Source: Candidatus Poseidoniaceae archaeon (GTDB lineage Archaea; Thermoplasmatota; Poseidoniia; Poseidoniales; Poseidoniaceae). From it: 60,920 nucleotides of DNA. Of the stretch, positions 37,821 to 48,300 are shown piece by piece (the stretch's first letter is position 1; every line of letters begins with the position of its first letter). The notes beneath the pieces are model-generated. The model searched no databases. It saw only the letters and a list, made by a program, of their open reading frames with translations, and was not told the origin of the DNA. The translations under genes were made by a program, and so were the position numbers. The stretch is from NCBI GenBank assembly GCA_030750665.1, contig JASMHR010000001.1, forward strand, positions 1 to 60,920, in the 5' to 3' direction.

Positions 37821-39845
37821 ATGGCTTCCTTCTGGCGACACGACGGCTATGCGGGTCGTTATCTTGAGGTCGACTTGTCAACAGGGGCCCTCAAAGAGAA
37901 GAACCTCGATAGAGAGACCCTTCTTTCAAAGATGGGTGGCAAGGCTCTGGCAACACATTTGCTGACCACTCTGGATAGCACTGACGACGAGGCTTACGAC
38001 TTGCGTCACCCAGTCATTGGAGATGCAGACCCAGCGATGCATCCAACCACCCCGGTTCTCATCATGACCGGTCCTTTTCAAGGCTCCAAGGTTGGCTCTT
38101 CTGGTCGAGCAGTCGTCTGTTCACGTTCCCCATTGACCAATATTTTCATAGATACTTACATCGGTGGTGATTTCGCTCATAATCTGCGATTGGCTGGCTG
38201 GGATGGGCTATTCATTCACGGACGTTCTGAGAACATGGTTCGTTTGCAGATTGAGGATCAGGATGTTTCTTTACAGGATGCAGAGAATCTTCGCGGCAAA
38301 ACAACATGGCAGACAGAGAAAGCAATTGCAGCAAATGCCGAGGTACAAGATGTATTCTCGATAGGTCCAGCAGGAGAGGCATTGGTTCGTATCTCCAGTC
38401 CGATTACCGCTGGAAGACGCGCCGCAGGACGTGGTGGGACTGGGGCTCAATTTGGAAACAAGAATCTCAAAGCGATTTCAGTACGCGCATCTGGTGAATC
38501 TAGAGTAGCGGATGAAACTCAATATCTTGGAGCGGTGAAGAAACAAAGTCAGGAGATGGGGGGGCGGCGCAAAGTCGGTGACCCATTCTATTGCTTTGGA
38601 ACCAGCAGAGCACCGCTATATGCGAGTGAGACGGGACGAATGCCGACCTTGAATTATACATCGACGACAGGTTCGATTATCCATGAGGCAAAGAAGATTG
38701 GACAACTTGACACGTTGGTCTTGTCGGGTGAGCATTGGCATGAATCCCATCCTGAGGCGAAACAGTCTGGTTGTTGCCGTCCTTGTCTAATTGCCTGTGA
38801 GGCATCAGACCGTTCAAGTGGAGTAAGGGGTAAGCCGGTGCATGTACTGAGAACTGAGCGACCTGAATATGAGACTCTGGCTATGATAGGGGCGAATCTG
38901 GGCATTGACTCCTCTCTTGATGTGATGGATGGCAACGATGCCTGCAATCGATTTGGAATGGACACAATTTCTAGTGGTGCTGCATTATCATTGATCTGTG
39001 AATTGGCGCTCAAGGGATGGTTTCCAGATGGTTGGTCAGAAGGAACTCTGCCTTCAGGAGACTCGTGGGGATTTGATGCTGAAGTTCCTTGTTTCATTGC
39101 TCCTTCAGCAAAGGGACGTTTTTCCAAAGGAGAGAAGGTTCCATGGGGATTCGGAATTCCGGAACTTCCACCTCTGGCTCTGGAGAGGCTTTCTGCTGCT
39201 ATTATTGGTGATGGTTCACTCTTCGGCACCTTGGCCTCAGGTGCTGTTGCCTGTTCAAGATGGGTGGAGAAAGAGACCGGTCATCCAGCAACTCGGTTGA
39301 CTGCTCATAGCAAAGGTCTCGACCTTCCAGCATGGGATCCCAGAGGCAAAAGAGGCAATGGAATGGCATATATGACCTGTAATGTGGGTGCAAATCACAT
39401 GCGTGCTGGGTACAAGAATCCAACGGGGATACCCGACTCATCAGCTCTTGACTTGATACCAGAATTGATACATTCACAAAATGAAAGCGTGATTCGAGAC
39501 AGCATGATTCTCTGTGCTTTCGCCAGTGGTGCAACCCCTGACGATGTTCTTGTCCAGGCTTACAATGGAATCACCGGTGATTCGGCGACCATAGAAGACT
39601 TACATTCTAGGGCTTCAGCACAATGGGATTCTGCTCGTCTTTGGAATATTCAGCATTGGGAAAGATTAGGCATTGAGGCACGGGAACAAGATATTCTTTC
39701 ATACAGACTCAGAAGAGATGCTCTTCCTGATGGGCCAGCCAAGGGAATGGTTTCTTTTGTAGACGATAGGGATGAGGCCGATTGTTTGACAGAATATTAC
39801 CGATTGCGTGGTTGGAAAGAAGATGGTAGGCCTCATTCATCGTAA
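37821..39845 (+). CDS. aor: Aldehyde:ferredoxin oxidoreductase family protein (W/Mo-bis-pterin)
   Basis: SPLT, G.F...L..AG.D, IGPAGE, AGRGG.GA..G.KNLKAI, CxxCxxxC, EYET, CN..GMDTIS, DPR, GA.H, DS..LC.F and YY..RGW motifs. Confidence 0.88.
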   Translation: MASFWRHDGYAGRYLEVDLSTGALKEKNLDRETLLSKMGGKALATHLLTTLDSTDDEAYDLRHPVIGDADPAMHPTTPVLIMTGPFQGSKVGSSGRAVVCSRSPLTNIFIDTYIGGDFAHNLRLAGWDGLFIHGRSENMVRLQIEDQDVSLQDAENLRGKTTWQTEKAIAANAEVQDVFSIGPAGEALVRISSPITAGRRAAGRGGTGAQFGNKNLKAISVRASGESRVADETQYLGAVKKQSQEMGGRRKVGDPFYCFGTSRAPLYASETGRMPTLNYTSTTGSIIHEAKKIGQLDTLVLSGEHWHESHPEAKQSGCCRPCLIACEASDRSSGVRGKPVHVLRTERPEYETLAMIGANLGIDSSLDVMDGNDACNRFGMDTISSGAALSLICELALKGWFPDGWSEGTLPSGDSWGFDAEVPCFIAPSAKGRFSKGEKVPWGFGIPELPPLALERLSAAIIGDGSLFGTLASGAVACSRWVEKETGHPATRLTAHSKGLDLPAWDPRGKRGNGMAYMTCNVGANHMRAGYKNPTGIPDSSALDLIPELIHSQNESVIRDSMILCAFASGATPDDVLVQAYNGITGDSATIEDLHSRASAQWDSARLWNIQHWERLGIEAREQDILSYRLRRDALPDGPAKGMVSFVDDRDEADCLTEYYRLRGWKEDGRPHSS

Positions 39846-40573
39846 GGAAGCCATTCTTCGTCCCCTTCAGGCCTGAACCACCAGTAGCCATCATCGTCCT
39901 GCCACCATTCGGTTCCATCTTCATCGATGGAATAGGAATCATCTCCCTGAGTCGCTTCTTCCTCCTCTTCTTCACGAATCATATCATCGGTTTTCATTCC
40001 AGTCTCTGCAGCGATGGCTCGCTTGACTGCAGCAAGGTCAGCATCCTCATCCTTGAACACTCTAGTCTGGGTACGAATCTCTGAATTGTGGTCCCCTGCT
40101 GCGATTGCTTCATCAGAATCAGCATAGAAGTCTTGAGCCATCTTCTGTCTGAAGTCCTCGAATTCATCACGACCGTAACTACCTGTGAATGAATCTCCTT
40201 TGGCGGATAACAGGTCGTCAAGATCAACAACCTTGCCTTTCAGTTTAGGGTCATCTGTATTATCCGAATCAAATAACTCACCATCATCTTCTTCGAGTTT
40301 TGGTAACTCACGACCTTCGGGGTCAATATCTTCAAGTTCCTCCATTAACAGGTCATGCTCTTCAGCATCGATGTTTTCATCTGAGTAGGATTCCTGAATC
40401 TCTCTGACCATTTTCTTTACCAGTCTTGACAAAGCGCGGTCATCTCCTCTGAATTCCTTGGCACCTTTTTCTATACGTTTGAGGAGTTTTTCATATGGAG
40501 AACCCCCTAAGGCTCCCATAATTTTTCCGAACCCCTTCTTTGCCACGTGGTCCCCCTCGGTCCCGATAGTCAT
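39833..40573 (-). CDS. Acidic hypothetical protein with C-terminal Trp-rich motif
   Basis: Ends in DEDGTEWWQDDDGYWWFRPEGDEEW; helical N-terminus. Confidence 0.7.
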   Translation of the reverse strand: MTIGTEGDHVAKKGFGKIMGALGGSPYEKLLKRIEKGAKEFRGDDRALSRLVKKMVREIQESYSDENIDAEEHDLLMEELEDIDPEGRELPKLEEDDGELFDSDNTDDPKLKGKVVDLDDLLSAKGDSFTGSYGRDEFEDFRQKMAQDFYADSDEAIAAGDHNSEIRTQTRVFKDEDADLAAVKRAIAAETGMKTDDMIREEEEEEATQGDDSYSIDEDGTEWWQDDDGYWWFRPEGDEEWLPYDE

Positions 40574-40625
40574 GGTCCACCACTTATGAGTATGCTCCCG
40601 TCGCGTTGTATGGGAGGGGTGAGAC

Positions 40626-41375
40626 TTGGTCGATGATTGGTTGAGTTCTGCATTGGCTGATTATAATCAGGTTTCATTCGATAAGCGAGATTCGTATTCT
40701 GCCTTGATTCAGATGCCGGGAAAACTGTTGGTGGAACTGCTTTCCTGGTGCTTCCAATCCTTGCCAGATGAGATACTAGTTGGAATGGATGTAGACCCAC
40801 AACGACAGGTTATTCCTGAAGTATCGGAATTATTTCTTGGAGCAGAATCTCGAGCTGATATGTTCGCTGGCCAAGGCTATACCATCGGTGAAGCCAAGGT
40901 GGTCAATCGTGGTAATTCAATGACTGTTCATCATCTGCCTGAGGAATGGACTGATGAGATATTCGGAGCAGATAGGGGGCCGCGAGGAGGACGCTTCACA
41001 CATTGGTTACATACTCATCCAAACTGTCCGGCGATTCCGTCTAGTGCTGATGCTGCAGCAGCACAGTGGACTGAAGGTGTGGATATGATATTGGGAGTTG
41101 AGTTTTCACCCGAATGGGGTGCACCATGGGTCGAAGGTGTTGAGGGAGAACGGAGGATGGTTGCCGGAACCAAGCGTTCTGAGCCCGAACAAGGAGGAAG
41201 TTGGTTTCGAAGGCGAATGGCGCGAGGGAATCGCCCCGTTCTAGGTAAGGCAGTGACAGGTCATTCGATTCACGGAATCGAGTTGATCGCTTTTCATCGG
41301 ACGGGAGTAGGAATCAATGTCATTTTCGTCGATGATGATGACTTGCCATATGGGTGGCCTTTCACAACGGAGTGA
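40626..41375 (+). CDS. JAB/MPN+ (JAMM) metallo-isopeptidase-like protein
   Basis: P.E..VG, then HTHP-x5-PSSAD, fitting E...HxH-x7-S-x2-D. Confidence 0.75.
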   Translation: MVDDWLSSALADYNQVSFDKRDSYSALIQMPGKLLVELLSWCFQSLPDEILVGMDVDPQRQVIPEVSELFLGAESRADMFAGQGYTIGEAKVVNRGNSMTVHHLPEEWTDEIFGADRGPRGGRFTHWLHTHPNCPAIPSSADAAAAQWTEGVDMILGVEFSPEWGAPWVEGVEGERRMVAGTKRSEPEQGGSWFRRRMARGNRPVLGKAVTGHSIHGIELIAFHRTGVGINVIFVDDDDLPYGWPFTTE

Positions 41376-41745
41376 CATTCGGATGTTCGCCTGTTCGAGG
41401 CCATATTTCCAGTTCAGGTAGTTTCATCTTCAAGATTCCATGTTCGGCTCCGAACTTTAGCATTCGTTGGTTCGCCATGGATGAGGAACTCATCCCAATG
41501 ATGGTGGCAGGTCGCTTGAATCCATTGTTCGCCACTTCTACATTCAGCAATTGTAGAACTTCCAGACCCTTGGTGGGTGGAATGAAATGGTCAAGGAGTA
41601 GAGTGTCTGGGTCGAATCGGCTAATCTCCTCCAACCAGTTTTCGGTATTCCAGAGTTGCTTGAATTCAATCTTCGTGATATCCACCCCCCCCGAGACGAG
41701 TAGCGACTGAACATCGAATGAGTCCTCGAAAGCGAGGACCTTCAT
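41362..41745 (-). CDS. Stand-alone response-regulator receiver domain
   Basis: KVL.FED, PD.LLLDH..P...GLEVL, IIGMSS and GA...I.K motifs. Confidence 0.8.
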   Translation of the reverse strand: MKVLAFEDSFDVQSLLVSGGVDITKIEFKQLWNTENWLEEISRFDPDTLLLDHFIPPTKGLEVLQLLNVEVANNGFKRPATIIGMSSSSMANQRMLKFGAEHGILKMKLPELEIWPRTGEHPNVTPL

Positions 41746-41749
41746 GGCT

Positions 41750-43627
41750 TCACACTCCTGACATTGTCAGATTGCTAGGATCGACGGGGCCTGGAACGCG
41801 GAACCATTGGACATCACCAATTGGGCGGTCGATCAGTGGCAGACCAAGAACCGAAGATGAATCGGTATCAACATTCATTCCTACCGAAGCACAATCTGGT
41901 GATGGCAGATAATCCGCTCCAGTTTCTGTCAATTCCACCAGCAGTGTATGCCCAGACGGGATGACTACATCCATCGGGTTGAATTCCATCTCCATCTTGT
42001 ATGAGATAAATGGAATTGTAACCTTGGCATCATATCCTCCGTCTCGATAGCGTAGATCCATCACAGCGTGTCCCAATCTGAGTCCAGTTGTTCCATCTTT
42101 CATAGTCGCGAATATCTGCCCTCCTTTGCACAATGCCTGAACGCTTAGATGCATAGTCGGGAGGCCAGAAATATGGATGTCTTCTGTAAATGGTTCACTT
42201 TCCAGAGTCACACTGCTGGTAGATGAGACGCGTTGTCCACTCGATTGAAATTCATCCAACCCCAACAATTGCCACTCTACATCCTCTGGTGGCCAAGTCT
42301 CCTCAAGATGCCATTTTCCATCGTTTCTTTGGATCTGCACCAGACTGGCGGGTTCGGGACCAATCCCTTTGAGGAAATGCTCGAACCAACCGAATAACTC
42401 GACGGCCCAATCCATCCTTGTCATGTTGGGGAATGCCTCAGCCCCGTAACCGCTACCAAGATTACTGTGGGTCTGAATCTGATCGGGATAGTTGTGTGCC
42501 CACTGTCCAAAGATTCCTCTGACGGTCATTCCTCTATCCCTGAGCAATTCATAGGTGGGTGAGAAATGATATGGGTCCACATTCCAGTCTTGCATACCCC
42601 AAACGATGTAGACGCTGCCTCGATGATTAGCCAATACATCGGGAAGATGGTATCTCTCTTCCCAATAGTCATTCCATTGGCTGCCACCGAGTTCTGCTGC
42701 AGTGTACGTGGTCCATGGACTGGCTGGCCCGATGAGATCATCGCTGCACATTCTCATGTCGCTGAAGTCTCCATCGACCGTTGCTCCTTCGTAGAGGACG
42801 TCGTAGAGCAATGCCCTGGATTCACTTGAGCCGTTTCGATAGAACATCTGTTGCACTCCGATACTGCCGCTGATAGGGACTATTGTCTTGAGATATGGAT
42901 TGTCAAATTGTGCTGCTTCCCAATTCGTGGTCCCAGCATATGATTTCCCCATCAGTCCAACGTTTCCATTGGACCACTCTTGTTCTCCCAACCAGCGTAC
43001 TGCAGCGTCGATACCAATCTGTTCACCACGTCCTTTGACATCTTGGCAATGAGTCGATTTGCCGGTTCCGAAGGTCGAGACCTGAGCAAGAGCGTAGCCA
43101 TGAGGCACGAATTCTTCGTAGATCCATTTGCCGACTCCCATGTCTGGGACGGTGTTCGGAGTAGATTTATCGCCAGGGGCGCCGAAGTCGTAGTATGGAT
43201 GTACGGTTGCAATGACAGGCACCTTGACACCATCTGGTACATCAGGCATCCACAAGGAAAGATGCATTTGTGGCTGTTCAGGGAAACCAGCATCCCTTTC
43301 TTCCAATGGGAGTTCAACATCGACAAAGTGCTCGGTCAGTGGTAGAATCTCAAATGTTCCATCTTCAGGAAGTTGACTTCGCCATGAGGTGAGATTCAAA
43401 TCAAGTTTCCAACGATCTTGAATTGGAACTTCCCACCAATTCAAATCTGCTGAGCTGAAATCCGCAGGTTCCAATCCTCCTCCAAACCCTGCTGAAAGCA
43501 TGATGAACACAAGGACCATTGCTCCTGTCGCACCAAGTGCCATATCGAGGTCTCTACGAGGTGATGAATCTGCCACTTCGGTGGCCGTGAATTCGACCAA
43601 TTCAGCGATGAGCGGCTCTGACATCAC
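41750..43627 (-). CDS. CocE/NonD / Xaa-Pro dipeptidyl-peptidase (S15) family hydrolase, membrane-anchored
   Basis: PY, G.G.S, WSNGNVG..GKSYAG nucleophile elbow, D.NV, GQW.H and WF.H.LKG motifs. Confidence 0.88.
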   Translation of the reverse strand: MMSEPLIAELVEFTATEVADSSPRRDLDMALGATGAMVLVFIMLSAGFGGGLEPADFSSADLNWWEVPIQDRWKLDLNLTSWRSQLPEDGTFEILPLTEHFVDVELPLEERDAGFPEQPQMHLSLWMPDVPDGVKVPVIATVHPYYDFGAPGDKSTPNTVPDMGVGKWIYEEFVPHGYALAQVSTFGTGKSTHCQDVKGRGEQIGIDAAVRWLGEQEWSNGNVGLMGKSYAGTTNWEAAQFDNPYLKTIVPISGSIGVQQMFYRNGSSESRALLYDVLYEGATVDGDFSDMRMCSDDLIGPASPWTTYTAAELGGSQWNDYWEERYHLPDVLANHRGSVYIVWGMQDWNVDPYHFSPTYELLRDRGMTVRGIFGQWAHNYPDQIQTHSNLGSGYGAEAFPNMTRMDWAVELFGWFEHFLKGIGPEPASLVQIQRNDGKWHLEETWPPEDVEWQLLGLDEFQSSGQRVSSTSSVTLESEPFTEDIHISGLPTMHLSVQALCKGGQIFATMKDGTTGLRLGHAVMDLRYRDGGYDAKVTIPFISYKMEMEFNPMDVVIPSGHTLLVELTETGADYLPSPDCASVGMNVDTDSSSVLGLPLIDRPIGDVQWFRVPGPVDPSNLTMSGV

Positions 43628-43640
43628 TCTCGCATCACCA

Positions 43641-43660
43641 CGTCAGCCTTCAGGCTGACG
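43641..43660. promoter_or_regulatory. Perfect inverted repeat CGTCAGCC-TTCA-GGCTGACG upstream of the peptidase (operator or hairpin)
   Basis: Seen directly; lies 14-33 nt upstream of the start codon, in the expected promoter position. Confidence 0.5.
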
Positions 43661-43701
43661 ATTGCCCGCGCCTACGTGTGAAGGCACTAGAATCACAAAC
43701 A

Positions 43702-43777
43702 GGGGGCAGAATTCCGTTGATGTTCAGCCATTGTTCGGAACTCTCTGAAGGCTGCACGTTGAAGAGATTCTGCTTTT
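43702..43777 (+). ncRNA. Candidate structured RNA: long imperfect G-U-rich hairpin
   Basis: Nested stems GGGGGCAGAAT/ATTCTGCTTTT, TTGATGT/ACGTTGA, CAGCC/GGCTG and TTCGGA/TCTGAA. The many G-U pairs form only on the + strand. Confidence 0.35.
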
Positions 43778-44184
43778 CAATCAGTGTTCAATGCTGATTT
43801 GAATTTCGGCATCATCATCAATCCATGGCCAAATATCAGGAATGCAATCATGACATGTACCATTCCAAGCCAGTGTGGACCAGAAAAAGCATGAGCAAGG
43901 CCAATCTGTATCACCCAAGCAGTGGCGTAACCGAATGACATCCCCTTGAGTTTGCTGTCATCTACTTTGGAAAGGATGAACAATACGGTTGCTGCAAGAG
44001 CCAATAATAAGCCGATTTCCCCGGAGCGTTTGTGTGAAGTGCCAAGGTTCCAGCCATCCAATGTATAACCTAGTTGACCGATTCCAGACATGCCTTGCCA
44101 TATGATGACTGCTAGTGATGCACCTGTCAGAATCATGGCCCATTTCAGCATTTCAGGTTTTGTTGTCTCAATTTCTTCATTCAT
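43777..44184 (-). CDS. Four-TM membrane protein with intramembrane His residues (possibly heme-binding)
   Basis: HKRSG, QIGLAH and MVHVMIA segments recall a CtaA/cytochrome-b-like half domain. Confidence 0.55.
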   Translation of the reverse strand: MNEEIETTKPEMLKWAMILTGASLAVIIWQGMSGIGQLGYTLDGWNLGTSHKRSGEIGLLLALAATVLFILSKVDDSKLKGMSFGYATAWVIQIGLAHAFSGPHWLGMVHVMIAFLIFGHGLMMMPKFKSALNTD

Positions 44185-44290
44185 TGGTCGCAGGCCATCG
44201 CTTTTACTTCTTGAAGTGTGCGGACATCGAATTTTCAACGAGTAGTTTTCATTGGGTGAAATTGATGTTCAACAGCCGTCTCACAGATTC

Positions 44291-45340
44291 ATGAGGGGCG
44301 CCAGACTCGTTGCCGGCCTCCTACTCCTCGCAGTATTCGCTCCTTCTTCAGGAGGCACTTACTCAACTTTGGAAGCATCTGGAGATGATGGTGATTGGAG
44401 AAATCGCACTGTCGATCCGAACAATTGGACCGACGGTCCAGTTCTAGAGGGCAGTCCAATGGATGAACCACATCCGGGTGACCCAGTAATCATGATGGCA
44501 GTCAATTACCAACCAGGTCATCTGCAGTCAAGGATTGAGGGCGAGATAGTCATTGAATTATTTGAGGAGTGGGCACCGATAACCGTTGCCAACATGGTCG
44601 AACACATCGAGATGGATCTATACGATGGCATCTTTTTCCATAGGGTGATTGATGACTTTGTCACTCAGGGAGGAGATCCGACATGCAAGTCTGCTGGAGT
44701 TTATCCTGGAACCAGTCCTTCCTGTGGGAGTGGTGGAACTGGTGAAACCATACCTCTGGAACATAATGAAAATCTATCACATGTCGACGGAGCGATTGGA
44801 ATGGCAAGGAGTCAGGAGGAGGATTCTGCTGATTCACAATGGTATATTGCTGAAACAGAGGCTCATAATCTGGACCCTGAGAATCGAGATGATGGAGGAT
44901 ATGCGACCTTTGGTGTAGTCAGGGATGGAATGTCACATGTTCGAGCGATTGCATTGACTCCGACATCAGATGACCCAACTGGACTGGAGAGCCTACAGAA
45001 TCCTGCCTCATCTGCTGGTCGGCCAGTATATGAGGCTAGAATTGACGAGATTTCCTTGTTGGGAGTCGTTCTTGATGAGAATGCCAGTAATGAAGAGCAG
45101 CCAGAAGGGCCGACAACACAGAGTGGTGAGAATGAGGGCATCAATGGACTCTCAGTGTTCGTAGCGATAGGAATACTAGGGGTATTAACAGCAATCGCTA
45201 TGCGCGCTTCACGAATCATTGAACCTGTTGAATTACATCCATCTAATGGTATGATGTCGGAAGAGTTGGCCGCTGAATTGGTCGAAGCCTCTCCTCCTGA
45301 AGTAGTAGAGCCATCATCTCGTCGAGAAGCGCAGGATTGA
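44291..45340 (+). CDS. Cyclophilin-type peptidyl-prolyl isomerase, secreted and C-terminally anchored
   Basis: IELF...AP.TV.N, YDG..FHRVI.DFV.QGGDP, GAIGMARS, SA.SQ.YI and YA.FG.V motifs; signal peptide and C-terminal TM. Confidence 0.92.
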   Translation: MRGARLVAGLLLLAVFAPSSGGTYSTLEASGDDGDWRNRTVDPNNWTDGPVLEGSPMDEPHPGDPVIMMAVNYQPGHLQSRIEGEIVIELFEEWAPITVANMVEHIEMDLYDGIFFHRVIDDFVTQGGDPTCKSAGVYPGTSPSCGSGGTGETIPLEHNENLSHVDGAIGMARSQEEDSADSQWYIAETEAHNLDPENRDDGGYATFGVVRDGMSHVRAIALTPTSDDPTGLESLQNPASSAGRPVYEARIDEISLLGVVLDENASNEEQPEGPTTQSGENEGINGLSVFVAIGILGVLTAIAMRASRIIEPVELHPSNGMMSEELAAELVEASPPEVVEPSSRREAQD

Positions 45341-48300
45341 ATGTCAGGCATCATCTCCGCTGCTCTGTGGAGAACAAGGGTACAGTCACAGCGGCCATCG
45401 TTCTCGTGGGTTTGCTGACTGCAAGTGGAGCGGTCATCTATACCCAGAACCTGAAGGAACCCGAAGTGGTGCTTATCTGTGGAGAGGATGAAATCAAGGT
45501 TGATGGTGAGTGCATCATCGACGAGGTGGATATTATTCCAATAGATGTTGAGTGCTCATCTCTTGAGGTAGAGGTAGAGGAGGGATGCAGACCCTTGACA
45601 CCTCCAACACAATTGGATTTCGGGGTTGAAGAGTTCAAGTTTCATATCGGCGATTCCATCCACTTGATTCCATCATTTTCGGGAGATGGACCTGACCATT
45701 GGGCGGTTAATCCTCCCTTACCCAATGGTCTCAACATCAACAGTGACAGTGGTGAGATCAGCGGAGTGGTTCTTGAGATACAGTACTCAGCCACATATAC
45801 CATCATTGCTTCAAATGATGCTGGTATCGCTACCTTCAACTTGAGTATCATTGTAGTTGACATGCCCCCTGGCTCGTTGTCGTATTCTTCGATTCTACAT
45901 GTTTTTACAGTCGGCGTTGAAATCAATCCCTTGATTCCATCTCTGATAGGAGGGGGTGAAGTCACCGACTGGGAAGTATCTCCACCGTTACCATCTGGTC
46001 TCTCGATAGATTCAATCGGTTGGGTGGAAGGTATGCCTCAGGTTGTCTCCCCTTGTGGAAACCACAGTATCAATGCAAGCAACGAAGCCGGTTCCAGTAC
46101 ATTCAATATCAGTATCTGCATTCATGACCAAGCCCCATTCGGGATGTTCTATCCTGCCGCTCCTCATACTTTCACCGTCAACACCAGTATAGGTCCTATC
46201 GTACCATGGATTGAGGGAGGAGCAGTTGCAGAATGGGAGGTCGAACCGTCTCTTCCAGAAGGTTTGACTTTCGACACCTCTAATGGTTGGATATCAGGAA
46301 TCTCCACAACTTTGGTTTCAAGCAGCATCCATACCATATGGGCCAACAATACGGGTGGTTCGATATCAACATCGGTTGAAGTATCCATCATCGATGAGCC
46401 AGTCCGAAATTTGTCATATGGTGTCTCGGAGGTTGATCTGGCTTGGCAAAGAAGTTCTGTAGATTTGAGCCCATCATGGGATGGTGGGGCTCCAGTGGAA
46501 TGGAGTATCAGTCCAGAGTTACCATCTGGTCTATTGTTTGAGGAAGGAAGGCTGCATGGTGATGCTGATACCCTGCATGAGTGGACGAATCATACCATAT
46601 GGGCCAATAATTCCGGAGGTTCCATTTCGCTGCTGCTTCGATTGAGAATTGCTGATATGACGCCAGCGAACATCTCTTGGGAGAATGGAACGATGTTCGC
46701 TGTTGAATCCAATAATAGCGCATTCATCCGCGCCTTCAATGAGGGTCCAGAAATTGCTACTTGGGAAGTAGAACCACCCTTGCCAATAGGTTTGGCATTG
46801 CAATCCAATGGTAGTATCGAAGGTTTGCCCAATGAGCGAACCAATTGGCGCACATACCATATCTGGGCGAATAACTCAGGTGGTTCTTTTGAATCGAATC
46901 TATCCATTGCAGTGCATGATCTAGATGCGGATTGGCGTGATATTTCAGCAGGTGTTGGGATTCTAGATTATGGCTCATCATGGCCATCTCTGATACTTCC
47001 ATTGGGAGAATGGTCATTTCCGGTAGCCATCGATTGGAATGACCGACCAATAGTCTCAGCCTCGCATTCGGGCAAAGGGCGCATCATTGGATATGGCCAT
47101 GAGGGGATGGTTGCACAGCAAAGTGGAGGAAATGAGACCACCTTGTCATTAAATGCAATTGAATGGGCATGTGGGGGCACCAACAAGGTAGTTGGCCTGC
47201 AGGTTGATTACGACCATTTCGAAGATGAATTGAGTGCTGAAGGATATGTTGTATACAGTAATGCATGGCCCTCGGACCTTTCTTCTTTCGATTGTTTCAT
47301 CGGTGATTTCTGGAATAGTTACTCCGATGCAGAGAATATTGCTCTTGAGATTTTCATCTCTGAAGGTGGAGGAGTGGTGCTCGGTGGTCACTCTTGGTAT
47401 TGGTCGTATTCCAATAGCGACGTTGCTCATCAGTACCCTGGTAACAAGATAGTCAGAACAACAGGTTTGTTCGTATCATCATCATCTGGTTCAGTTTCTC
47501 TTGATCTAAGGGGGGACCCACCTTCGGAATATCACCGAACTCAAAATGCCCTAGAAGCAGTGGAGAAATATTTCGTGGATGGTGAGTTGATGAGCAGTGG
47601 TGACAAGAGTATTGCAGGCGCAACTCTGGAGCGAGTCATCTCGCAGATTCCATTGGATTTTGATTTTGTTTGGTCTCCTGTCAGAGAAATGACCAATGGG
47701 ACCGGCTGGGTCCAGATATCATCTTCCAATACCTTTGATCTGGCTACTGGAGACCCGTTGGACAGATTGTTGCTCAAGATACAGGACCGTTTGCTGTACC
47801 TCCTGCCTCCAGCTGAATTGCCATATCATCCTAGTACCAAGGATTTCCCTGGTGATGTTCTGGTTAATGCTACCAGAGTCAATAGAACAATCGAGTTCAA
47901 TGGGACATTCGCTGGTCTTCCGAGTAATTTCGGGTATGCAGGGGCCCGTGCCGATGGCAGAATGGGAACTGGACTCTATGCGGCTGCTGGTGAAGTTGTG
48001 AATGTCACTTTCCCGGCCAGTATCATTGGAACGGGAGTGAATGTTCTTGTTGGTGCACATACAGATAGCCTGTGGGGCAAGGATACTCTCAGCAGGCATC
48101 CAATCATCTATCGTGTCTTTGGGGTTGACAATGTCACCATACAGGTGGGAAATGCCTTTGGAGGAGCCATATTCATCCGCATTCCGGCTGGAAAGACACT
48201 GGAAATGTTCAATGTAAGTATTGAGAATGCGGTTCTTGCGCCATACTGGATACAAGGTGAGACTGACCTTGTTCTCTGGAACAGCACCATCAGACATCAT

